Shown here: positions 29,377-40,100 of the stretch, in pieces | Layout: each line of letters begins with the position of its first letter | Numbering within the stretch: the stretch's first letter is position 1 | DNA from: an uncultured Candidatus Micrarchaeota archaeon | GTDB taxonomy: Archaea > Micrarchaeota > Micrarchaeia > Anstonellales > Anstonellaceae | Direction: 5' to 3' | DNA length: 44,267 nucleotides | NCBI GenBank assembly: GCA_903892905.1 | Contig: CAITKI010000113.1 | Location: 1-44,267 of the forward strand | Translations under genes and position numbers: made by a program | The notes under the pieces: generated by a model | Database searches by the model: none | What the model was told of the DNA's origin: nothing | What the model saw: only the letters and a program-made list of their open reading frames with translations

Positions 29377-29445
29377 TGATTTTTGCTTCGCAAAAATGCG
29401 CGCCAAAAGCTGCGCTTTTGACGCTGGTATCGAGGCTAGGATGAT
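29357..29445 (+). repeat. 21 bp direct repeat of the paralog 6 3' end (period 68 bp)
   Basis: TGGTATCGAGGCTGGGATGAT at 29357-29377 and TGGTATCGAGGCTAGGATGAT at 29425-29445. Confidence 0.9.
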
Positions 29446-29558
29446 ATATTATGTATTATGTATGATGCGCTGGAATGGTGGATGAAAGCATTTGGTTGAT
29501 GCGATGGAAGGCATGGATGACATGCCGGGATGCCGGATGAGAATATTTGGTTGATTTG

Positions 29559-32500
29559 ATGGCGGCAAACAAGCAGCACGCATTCGCGCTTCTCGCGCTT
29601 TTGCTAGCCTTGCTCATCCTCGTTTCTGGCTGCACCAGCAGCAAGTACAACCCCTGCTGCATCAAGAGCGGGCTTTACGACGAAACAGGCGCGCAGCTTT
29701 CCAGCCCCAAGTGCTATTTCCCCAACGAAACCCTGTTTGGCGACTGCACTCTTGACGTGGGCGTCAGCGGCGCCGCGAACTGCACGGACCACTCGTCCTG
29801 CGCAAGCATAACAGGCGAGGAGGCATGCTCCCAGACAGCCTCATGCGCATGGAACGAATCCCAATCCCAGAAATGCACTGGTGCGCAGGCAAGCTGGCTG
29901 CTTGCGGTCTGCCAGGACCTGGTGCCGAAAAGCTGCGTGAACAACAAGTGCACCGCCATGGTCTGCGGCTACTCCAGCATCAGGCCCTCGCCTCCCCCTG
30001 CTTCCCAGGACTGGGACGCCAACAAGTCAGCCCAGGACTTCCAGGCAGACCAGCGCACGCTTTCAAACGCCATGCCGCCAAACGACATGATACTGCCTGC
30101 GGTGAACCTGCAGGGAGCGACGTGCGACTTCAACAGCATGAACAAGAAGCTTTACAACAAGATAACCTCCTCGCGCGGCGGGCTGTGGGTGAACTCCTTC
30201 CGCTTCGGCGTGGGCAGCAGCTTTTCCGACTACGAGACCGCCCGCAACTACTTCCCTGCGACCGACCGCGTGTGCGCTGCAAACCCGTACGCAAAAACCG
30301 ACAGGTTCTCGGTCTACCTCAACAGCGCAAACACTTTCTGCCAGCCCAGCCAGTCCTATTACGCCTGCAACAAGCTCTCAGGCGTCAACTTCAAGGACGA
30401 GCGGACGTGCAAGCTTTACTGCGGAGGCGGGGCCGACCCCTACATCTGCAGCCTGATAAGCGACCCTGAGCAAAAGCGCTACATCTGCAACGCCGACGGC
30501 TTTGCCTATGCCAGCAACGACACGTGCATGCAGAAGTGCGGGATAATATCCGATGCCAACGCATGCACGAACAACGAGAGCCAGTTCCCGTTCCTCAACA
30601 CCGACAGCTCGCTCCAGGCGCGCTACAGGCTGAAGTACGTGTCAGACTATGTGGTGGACACCCCGGACCCGACCCAATCGAGCCTCGCCTGCAGGGGCTA
30701 TGGCCAGCCGCAAGGCGATGCGGGATTCAACCAATGGACGGTATTTGACGGCGACATGAACCCGATTGCGTGCAACGACTACACCAGCTGGGGCGACGGG
30801 CCATGGTTCTGGACATACAGCTGCTATGCCGCCGCCGGCTGCACCATCGGGCAGCCCTGCCCTGCCTGCAATGGCGTGAACAAGCTCGGCGAGCTTCGCA
30901 CCTATTTTGACAACCATGCATATTCATCCGTGGACTTTGACTACGAATATTACGTGAAGAACCTTTTCGCCCAGTACCAGGACTCGCCCGACGCGAAGGG
31001 CAAGCTGCAGTTCGAGTGCGAAAGCGGCAGCGAATGCATCTCGGGCAGCTGCGACACCACGTATTACAAGCGCCCCATGTGCGAAAACATCTCCGGCGGA
31101 AGCTCCATGGCATGCGGCTGCTCCAAGGCGCAGTTCGACGACACAAAAGTGTCTTACCCGTCCTGCAACCTCAACAGCCCCCTGGCAATGCCTGCATATT
31201 CCGACACTGGCATGCAAGACCCGGACGCAGGCTCGGGCAGGCCCATAGTTTCCGACCCCATAAACAACTACGGCCCCCTGTTCTACCCATCGCAGTCAGT
31301 CCATCTCCAGAACGGCAGCGCAACCTCCAGCTTCAAGTACTATTTCCCGGCGCCTGACGGGGCATCGTCCCCCAAGCCAGCGCTGTTTGGCACCTGCGGC
31401 GTTGCGCCCGCGCAGGCGGCGCCCAAGAAGATGTGCATACTTTACGACAGGTACTGCGTGGATGTGGGCTTCGAGGAGCCGCGCATCCGCATAACCCCTG
31501 AGAAAATGATATGGCCTGCCGGGTCTGACGGCATATGCCACTACACGATGGAGGGCGAGCCATGCGACATAAACGGCGACAACGGCGGGCCTGGCAAGGA
31601 TTACTGGGAATACATCTTCAACCTCAACAGCGCAAACCAGGCCGACACTGTCAACTCGGCCCACTTCGGCACCTGCAAGATGAACGGCGAGCTGATGGGC
31701 AACTCCCAGACAAACGCCACCGCGCCCTACCTTGCCACGCGCGACCTGGGCTGGTGCGCGCCTTGCACATATGCCACGCTTGCTGTCCAGAAAGTGGACT
31801 TCGGCCCCGCCACCAACCCCGGAGGCGTGGGCGCGCCCCGCCCGCTTAGCTGCTATGAATACCGCGGGCAGTTCAACTATGTCCCAGACGCGCAGACCTA
31901 CCCATATGGCGGGCTCGTGGGTGCAGACCCGGACCCTGCAGGCTTGTATGACGGCCTGGCGCGCTTCGGGACCTCGTCCACCGAGCCTGTGCGCAAGAAA
32001 AGCAACCCGTCCGCATACGAGCAGGACAACGACGGGAACATACTGCAGGGCGGCAACTACGACAACCATTTCAATTACTACTGCCAGGACCAGTGGCATG
32101 GCTCAGGCGGCTGGTGGCCGACGGCAGAGCTTCCCGCGCCTTCAGCGCCATACCTGAAAGAGAAGCTCACCTCTTACCTGCAGTCCAACGTGATGCCCAT
32201 ACTCGACGAGCAAAGCTCGAAAACCTCGCCTGCAGCCTCCGCAGGCTGCGTGTTCGAGGCAGTGGGCGGCAACACCTACAGGTGCACTTCACCCAACTGG
32301 CTCTACACGAACTCCATCACCTGCTCTGCGCACTGCGGCGGTGCATGCACCTGGGAGGGCGGGGTGGGCGAAAGCTGGTACTGCCGCGAGGACGGCAAGG
32401 TTTACCTTGGCGAAACATTCGGCAGCGACGATGCGGCAGGGGTTGCCTGCAATGCCGCCTGCCTTGCATCAGCCACCAAGACCTACGCGCCGCTTTCGGT

Positions 32501-34070
32501 GTGCAACGACATGGGCGGCGACGGCGCAGTGGTGCACGTGATAGGCAACAGCTCCATGCTGGAAGCGGCAGCAGGCGGCTTTGGCTCGGTGCTGCCCGCC
32601 AGCCTGGGCTATGACACGCGCCGCTACATCGGCCTCTCAGAAGCGCCAGGCAGCACACCATCTTCCCTCGGGGGCAGCGCAGCAATAGACGTGCGCGCCT
32701 CATTCCTCAAGCAGGAATGCAACACGCCGCCTCTTACCGGAATCGAGATAATGCCCGGCGAGAATGCCACCACGCTCATAGGCACAGGCGACCTGACCAG
32801 CAAGGACAACCCTGACCGCGGCAAGCTGCACAAGTTCTTCTACAGCGCAACCGAGCCTGGCGACTTTGCCTACCGCACCGCAAACGGCATACCTGACAAG
32901 GTGCCTGGCAGCGTGGACATGCTGCTCCTGGACTGGTACCCGATGTGCAGCGGGACAGGGGTGTTCCCTGGCGATAACGAGCAGTACGAGTTTGACAGCA
33001 AGCTGGAATTCGCGCGCGCAATAATGGCGAACTTCTCCAAGCCCATGCTTGTCTGGAAGTTCGCCTTCCCGCAAAACACCTGGTGCAACACCACGTATTT
33101 CCTCGACTACATGTTCAACAACACCGCGGCAATGGTGGACTCGGGCATGATAGGCGTAATCTACAGCGACTGGATGATGCAAGACGGGCAGGGCTATGGG
33201 CCCTCGTCAAGGCAATACACCGACACCGCGTCCTACGGGGCCGACGCCCACAACTGGCAGGGGCCGATAAGCACAGGCCTTACCACGCAGGCGCCGCCCA
33301 CGGTGCGCGGCTCCAGCGCACTGACCATGACTTTGGACAGCCCGCGCAGCATGTCCGACTCAACGCCTGGCAAGGGCGCCCTGTTCTGCGCGCTGCAGCT
33401 TTTCTCCAAGCGCGCAATCGGCTACATCCCGCTTGCCTACGGACAGAAGCTCTATGCCGAGAACCAGACTTGCGTTTGCCAGGCATGCAGCGACTTCGAC
33501 TACATCACCGGCGCATGCGACGCTTTGGCAAAAGCTTCCACCGACCCAATGCTTCCCCAGATTTACTGCAACGACGGCGCCGTGTGCGCAATGCCCTCCG
33601 GGCGGAGCGATACCGGCAGCTTCCGCTGCGCCGACAGGTGCATGAACGCCACTGCGTGCAAGCTGTGCACAGGCCCTGCGAACGTCGGCCTCTCATCGTT
33701 CTGCAGGATGACGCCTGTTGGCGGCAGCACGTTTGGGACCTCCCGGTGCTACAACTCGATAACCGACGACTACTGGGAATTCCTCGCAGGCCTCTCGCCT
33801 TCGGAGAAATGCTGCCTGCAGGGCAACACCACCGACTTGTCGGACGCGAAATACACCTATACCATGATGACCGGCACCAAGCAGCAGTCCGAGTTCCTGC
33901 AGTTCCCCTCGCACGGCGAGCAGAACATCGACTGCGGAAGGAGCCCCGACACCTCGGTGCTGGAATACTGCAACATACGCGTGCCGATTTCGCAGAAGGA
34001 AATTGCGTGCATGCAGATACACACCCCGCTTTGCAGCACAAGCCCGGAGACCCAGATGTATATCGAGTGA
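29559..34070 (+). CDS. Large Cys-rich putative lipoprotein with a degenerate glycoside-hydrolase-like barrel
   Basis: Lipobox-like LLILVSGC; dispersed disulfide modules; barrel-like strands VDMLLLDWYP, KPMLVWKF, IGVIYSDW. Confidence 0.8.
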   Translation: MAANKQHAFALLALLLALLILVSGCTSSKYNPCCIKSGLYDETGAQLSSPKCYFPNETLFGDCTLDVGVSGAANCTDHSSCASITGEEACSQTASCAWNESQSQKCTGAQASWLLAVCQDLVPKSCVNNKCTAMVCGYSSIRPSPPPASQDWDANKSAQDFQADQRTLSNAMPPNDMILPAVNLQGATCDFNSMNKKLYNKITSSRGGLWVNSFRFGVGSSFSDYETARNYFPATDRVCAANPYAKTDRFSVYLNSANTFCQPSQSYYACNKLSGVNFKDERTCKLYCGGGADPYICSLISDPEQKRYICNADGFAYASNDTCMQKCGIISDANACTNNESQFPFLNTDSSLQARYRLKYVSDYVVDTPDPTQSSLACRGYGQPQGDAGFNQWTVFDGDMNPIACNDYTSWGDGPWFWTYSCYAAAGCTIGQPCPACNGVNKLGELRTYFDNHAYSSVDFDYEYYVKNLFAQYQDSPDAKGKLQFECESGSECISGSCDTTYYKRPMCENISGGSSMACGCSKAQFDDTKVSYPSCNLNSPLAMPAYSDTGMQDPDAGSGRPIVSDPINNYGPLFYPSQSVHLQNGSATSSFKYYFPAPDGASSPKPALFGTCGVAPAQAAPKKMCILYDRYCVDVGFEEPRIRITPEKMIWPAGSDGICHYTMEGEPCDINGDNGGPGKDYWEYIFNLNSANQADTVNSAHFGTCKMNGELMGNSQTNATAPYLATRDLGWCAPCTYATLAVQKVDFGPATNPGGVGAPRPLSCYEYRGQFNYVPDAQTYPYGGLVGADPDPAGLYDGLARFGTSSTEPVRKKSNPSAYEQDNDGNILQGGNYDNHFNYYCQDQWHGSGGWWPTAELPAPSAPYLKEKLTSYLQSNVMPILDEQSSKTSPAASAGCVFEAVGGNTYRCTSPNWLYTNSITCSAHCGGACTWEGGVGESWYCREDGKVYLGETFGSDDAAGVACNAACLASATKTYAPLSVCNDMGGDGAVVHVIGNSSMLEAAAGGFGSVLPASLGYDTRRYIGLSEAPGSTPSSLGGSAAIDVRASFLKQECNTPPLTGIEIMPGENATTLIGTGDLTSKDNPDRGKLHKFFYSATEPGDFAYRTANGIPDKVPGSVDMLLLDWYPMCSGTGVFPGDNEQYEFDSKLEFARAIMANFSKPMLVWKFAFPQNTWCNTTYFLDYMFNNTAAMVDSGMIGVIYSDWMMQDGQGYGPSSRQYTDTASYGADAHNWQGPISTGLTTQAPPTVRGSSALTMTLDSPRSMSDSTPGKGALFCALQLFSKRAIGYIPLAYGQKLYAENQTCVCQACSDFDYITGACDALAKASTDPMLPQIYCNDGAVCAMPSGRSDTGSFRCADRCMNATACKLCTGPANVGLSSFCRMTPVGGSTFGTSRCYNSITDDYWEFLAGLSPSEKCCLQGNTTDLSDAKYTYTMMTGTKQQSEFLQFPSHGEQNIDCGRSPDTSVLEYCNIRVPISQKEIACMQIHTPLCSTSPETQMYIE

Positions 34071-34137
34071 GTTGCGCGCATGTAAAGGTTTTTAGGCATT
34101 GGGCGAGATTTTAAGCAAAGGGAAGTGCGGTGAACTG

Positions 34138-37100
34138 ATGGAAATTGGAAAAGTGCGGCTGGCAGCTTTCATATTCCTCACAGCGCTCCTTCTCGCCCCA
34201 AGCGCGTTTGCCGCGTCAGCCACGTACGAAGCGAATTGCACTTCGCGGTTCACCGATGAGTGCAACCCCACGGGTGTGAGTGCCGTGACTGGGTTTTTCC
34301 CCATCCAGTGCAGCTATAATGATGGCCTGCCGGCAAACGCAATCGTGGAAAGCGTTTCAGTGGAATCCCACGTGCGCACCATCTCAGGCATGCTATTCTA
34401 CAGCTTCAATGGCGATTTTTTTGGCACATATTCGGGCTCTTCTCCAGCATGCAATGCCCCCACAAACACCGTTTTCGCCCGGAACGATCCGCCATACAGG
34501 GCCCAACAGCAAAATACCATAACAATTTCTGCCAATTGGCTTGATTCGGGCAGCATAGAGGGCGGCGAACCAGTGGGGCTTTCCGCCGGCAAGCATCTCA
34601 AGGTGACGGTCAACTACTCGCTTTCAGCGCCGGCAAACACCAAGCCAAGCGGGGTAACCAAGATTCTGCCATCCGTGCTGGAGCCTGGCACCAGGGGCGT
34701 GAACTGCACCGCCAGGATCATCGACGCCGAGAACCTGGCCCTGAACTACGTGGCAACCCTTTTGGTAAACGGCGCCCCGAACGCCACATCCTCGGGCACC
34801 ATCCAGAACAACACATTTGAGCCTGTCCTTATTGCAACCGCCATCCCTCTGTCGCAAGGCGACACACTGCAGTGCAAGCTGGATTACGACGACGGCGCCT
34901 TGCAGGGGGACACGGCCTATTCTGAAATTGTCGGCCCGCTTCCAGCGCCGGCAAACACCCCGCCAAGCGGCACAACCACGATTTCGCCTGTTGCCCCCTC
35001 CCCTGGAAGCGTGGACATATCCTGCACCGCCAGGATCATCGACGCCGAGAACCTGGCCCTGAACTACGTGGCAACCCTTTTGGTAAACGGCGCCCCGAAC
35101 GCCGCATCCTCGGGCACCATCCAGAACAACTCCTTGCAGCCTGTGCTTTCAGCCCCCAATGTCCAGGTTGCCCAGGGCGACTTGCTGAAATGCCAGCTGG
35201 ATTACGAAGACGGCAGCCTGCCTGGGGCCACTGCCTATTCTGAAACCACGGTCGGCCCAGGAAGCGGCCCTGGGGGCACATGCGGCGCAACGGTTCCCGG
35301 CACAGGGTTTTGCGACGGAGGGCCGGTATCCAATTTCTTGTGCGGCAGCATCTCCAACACTGCCTGCTGCGCCAATGCCACGAGCTGCAAGCTTGTGGGG
35401 GGCGTCTGCACGCAAACCGGCACCACTTCTGCGCTTTGCTCCGACTTCAAAGACAACCAGGCTGGGTGCCAGGCATTTGCATCCGCCGGCTGTTCATGGC
35501 GGGCGGCTGCCCCAAGCTGCGGCGCCATTTCCCAAGGCTCAGGCCAGTGCTCCCCCCGCACAGGAGCGCCATCAATGACATGCACCGATTTGGGCGGCTC
35601 GGACTGCTGCCAGGCATCAGGCTCATATTGCCAGTGGAGCGGCACGGCCTGCAATTACAACAGCCCGCTGCCATCATCCGGCCTCTGCCATTCCTTTGAC
35701 AATAATTATGTTGCCTGCACAATCTCCTCACAATTCTGCACCTGGAGCGCCACCACGTGCGGCATGCCGACCCCCAACACAGGCTGGTGCTTTGCGCTGC
35801 CTGGCAAAACAATGACGTGCGACAAGATAGGCAGCTTTGACTGCTGCCAGAAGGCAAACCCGTACTGCCTGTGGAGCGGCACAACGTCCTGCACCTACAA
35901 CAGCGCACCGCCGTCATCAGACTTCTGCCGCGCATTTGACGACAATTACGCGTCCTGCAGGATTGCCGGGGACTACTGCTACTGGGAAGGCAAGGAATGC
36001 TCAAACGCCAGCGGGTCATGCCAGAGCCCGCGCTTCTGCTGTGCGACGTCCGGCCTGTCATGCGGAAAGACCAACCCATACACAGGCAACAAGATGTGCT
36101 GCCTGGCCGACAACAGCTCAACGGCGTGCAACTACGGCTCGGAATGCTGCAGCGGCATCTGCGACAGCCACGTCTGCCAGCCCTCATTCTGCGACGTGGT
36201 GCCAACAATCCCGTCCTATACCGACGTCACGCTCAACCCTGAGAACGGCTCGATAAGCACCTACACCTACAACCTCTCCGAGGAGAACTACACGAAAACA
36301 GGGCTTCCAAACGCGCTCCTTTTCATGGTCAACCTGACAGACCAGTCCAACATCCAAATATGCTACGATGTCGCCGACTCAAGCGGGCATATGCAGATGA
36401 CTTATGACCCGACTGCGCCTGGCTGCACCGACTACTGGTACATCTTCTGCCCGCGCGGGGACGCCTCAACCAGCTCTGGCCTGAAGTCGCGCGAAATTTG
36501 CCTGAACAGCACCAATATAGATTACAATAAGCTCATCTACCCCCAGCCGGTGCCGTGCGCAGGCGCGACGCCGCCCGCCCCGAAAAGCTACCTCGACCAC
36601 ATACTCTCGCACAACGAACTATACTTCTGCAACAAGGTGACGAAAGACTACGCGCCGCTCTGCTGGCCGCTCATGCTCATACTCGGATTGCTTCTCGGCG
36701 CGAGTTTTGCCGCAGGCAAGAACCCATTCCAATCGTTTGATTTCTCCTCCCCGCGCATGAACCGCGGAAGGCAGTACTCCGCGCGCGTGCAGAACAAGAG
36801 CTTTGACCTCATGAGCTATCTTATGTCAGTGGGCAGCACCGCAGCGAGCTTCGTAAAAGGGAAGACCAAGGATGAAAAGGCGAAAATGGCCGAGGCAAAA
36901 GGCAAGGTCAAGGAAGCGAAGCAGAACCTGAAGGACGGGAAGGGGACAAAAGCTGACGTGAAAACCGCAAGGGCAGGAGTCGGCACCGCAAGGCAAGGAA
37001 TACGGGATGCCCGGCAGCAAAAAAGGCAAACGGCGCGCAAGGAAAAGTACGATTCAAGCGACCATAAGACAGGCATGGGCAAGTTCCTGCACAATGTCGG

Positions 37101-40100
37101 GGCGTTCGTAGGGGTGCGCGACAAGGGGCGGCCCGAACCGTCCAAGGATCAGAAAAAAAAACTGATTGATTTCCTGAAGCCAGTCCCGCCAAAAGACGCA
37201 TTCAGCACTGATACCCAGCAGCGCTCAACAGCGACCAGCTCAACCGGGCAGGTAAACATGGTGGTGTCGCCGCACCAGATCCGCAAGGCAAAGCGCGCTT
37301 CAATTGCCGCGCTCAACAAAAAGATAAAGGAGGCGAAAACGCCTGAGGAGAAAAAGGCGCTGCGCCAGGAAAGGCACGCGCTGAGGCAGGATTTCAGGAG
37401 CATGCGCCAGAACTATGGCGTGGATCCGAACGCGCTGGAAAAGAAGGGAATGAAAATCGAGGATGGGAAGCTGAAAAAGGTCAATGACAATATCGACATG
37501 AAAAAAGTCATAACAAACGTGACTGACAGCGACAGGTTTAGCTCTGCAAAAACCCTCTTCCAAAATCCGTTTGGCACCAACCAGCCCGCCAAGCAAAATG
37601 TGCTTTCAGATGAGGGCAAGGGAACCCAGTTCGGGTTCACCAAATCAAAAGAAACCGTCCTTTCCATGATCACTTCTCCTGGCGAAGGCAAAAGCGCGGA
37701 AAGCCAGTCAGGCAGCAAAACGGGCTCATCTGCCCAAGTAAGGCAGCCAACCACTGGAACTTCAGGTGCACAGGCTACCAGCATGTCTGCTACCGACATA
37801 CTTGGCGTTGGCATTTCAATGTTCAGCAGGGGCTTCTGGTCAAAGGAGGGAATGGCAAACCGCATGAAAGCCACTGGTGTGGATGAATTCTTCAAGGAGG
37901 CGTCAGGCGCCACGGTCGGGGCGGCGCTGGTCATCCTGCTGCGCTTCGTGCTCAAAAAAATGATGGAAAATGCCAAGCTGCGCGACGCGGAAAAAGGCAA
38001 GAACGATGGCTCGAGAGTAAAGACAAACCTGCGCTTCACGAGCCCCACCAAGGCCATCACGAGCCTGTTCAGGATATACGCAGTCATGTCATCGCTTTCC
38101 TCTTTTGTGAAAGGGCTTGGGGCGGCGACAGGCTCCAAATCACTGTCAGGCGGCATCGGCTTCATAGAAGGGGTCAACAGCATCAATATAGGCGGCATAG
38201 GCAAGTACAATCTCAATGTGGCAGAGCTTGCCACCTGGGTCGACCCAAGCCTGAGGGAGACCTATGTCGGAGGAGGCTCAAGCGCAATACCCTATCCGTT
38301 CAATATGGTCCAGACTGCGGTCAGCGGCGCCCTGGTGGGCGGCGACGTGCTGGTGCAGAAGGCGAGCGATGCCCTCAAGCGGGACGTCAAGCTGGCGTTT
38401 GTCCAGGGCGGCGAGGCATTCCTTGTGAAAGTCGACGAGTCCGGCAACATTCTCGATAAGAATGGCAAAGATGTCATGAAGGAAGGCAGCGGCCAGCCGT
38501 TCGCATACAAAAAAATAAACGTGAAGACAGGGGAAGCAACGGACTGCGCCGAAGTCATAGGCCTCTCTCAAACAAAGCGCACCTATGTGGTTGTCAATGA
38601 AGGCAGCTCCCCGAAAGAAACAACCTATTCAGCCATGGGAGCTGGCGCGGCAAGCTTCTATGACAACACGCAGCGAGACCGGGCAGAGACATACTTCAAC
38701 AGCAATTCGTTCGTTTATAGCCTGAAGTCACAGTATGGCGGCAGCAGCCCGACAAAGAGCCTTGTGAAAAACCAGGACGGCAGCTACGTGACAAAGATTA
38801 CGCTAATAGAGGACAAGGTGAACACCTGGGGGGTTGCAAGGAACATACCCGACCTGGCTTCATTGGACGGCAAGGAAGCTGCAAAGTACGTCTCGCTGCG
38901 CAACGCGTGCGAACACCAAGTCCAGCTTATCAATACGTTCCTAGGGGTCATAAACGGCAAAGACGCGCTTGACGTGATATCTCGGCTCCAGGACAGGGTG
39001 AAAATAAACGATGCGCTGGAATCCTTCAAGAACGCCCTCAAGCAATACGAATCGGTAGAATTGGGCAAGCTGACTTCCGATGACAAGCGCAGCATGTCGG
39101 AGCTCGAGGACAAAGTTTCAACGTACGGGCTTGCCCTCGTTGTTTTCGATGCAATGGGCAGCAGCCCGCTCGACATCAGCAAGGACGTGTTTGACAAGAC
39201 GAACGCGACCATCGAGCAAAACATAATAGCAGTCATCGGCTTCACAAACTCATACCTGAACTGCTATTCACAGGCAATTGCAACAGGCAATGACGATGCC
39301 CTCCTGGAAATATCAAAATTCAGAAAGCACGGGGTGGAAAACCTCCAGCAGGACACAGCGGTCCTCAATTCGATGGCCACTGCCATGCAATACTATGGCA
39401 TTGTGCACTTCAACAACGCGAAGGCGGAAAAAGAATACCTTTCAGGGCTCAAGACTATGGTGGACGCCGGCAGCAATTTGATGACTAACGCCAGCGACGA
39501 GAACACACTGGCATTTGCGCAGGCAACCGACAAGCTCTGTGAAACCATGATAAAGGGCGTGAGCTTCGAGGGCAGGTTCGGCAGCAAGGAGAAGGACTTG
39601 AAGAAACTTCTTGAAAATACGAACAAGTTATTGGAGGACATAAACATAAGCCACAAGGCGGGCAATGAAAAATATTCCTATACTGATGATAAGGGCACAC
39701 ACGAAATTGAATACAAGGATGCGGTGCAAAAATGCACCGCCGCATTGTTTACCGTTCTCCAGACTACGGTCTCCTTGCACCAAACATCTAATTCTTATCT
39801 CAATGCTGGATTAGCTGCAAGCGGCTGGCAGAACCGGCCGGCATACCAGGTTTCTCCAGAAGCTGACGCGCTCAACAGGCTGCCTGCTCCTGCGGAGGCC
39901 AGTGGCGAGCGAAATCTTTCAAGAGGATTCTATTCTCCCTCTTTCAACCTGAATAGCATTTCAAATGTAAAATATGGGCCGGGGGCAAGGTTTAACATTT
40001 CTCCAGCTATTTCTATAGAAGCTGCACCTATAGAACCCATCAAAAAAGAAGGATCCTTTCTGGAAGCAACGCAAATAGATGCCAAACCAAACACGGATAG

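Noticed and set aside
25825-29562. Junction repeats as a CRISPR array
   Set aside because: Only 2-3 copies each, different sequences at each site, and they coincide with gene ends
22556-34070. Multiheme cytochrome or ferredoxin reading of the CxxC motifs
   Set aside because: No CxxCH heme motifs; exported location and spacing fit disulfide-bonded surface modules better than Fe-S sites
37669-37695. TSPGEGKS as a Walker A motif in the giant protein
   Set aside because: Lies in Ser/Thr/Gly low-complexity sequence with no Walker B or ATPase context
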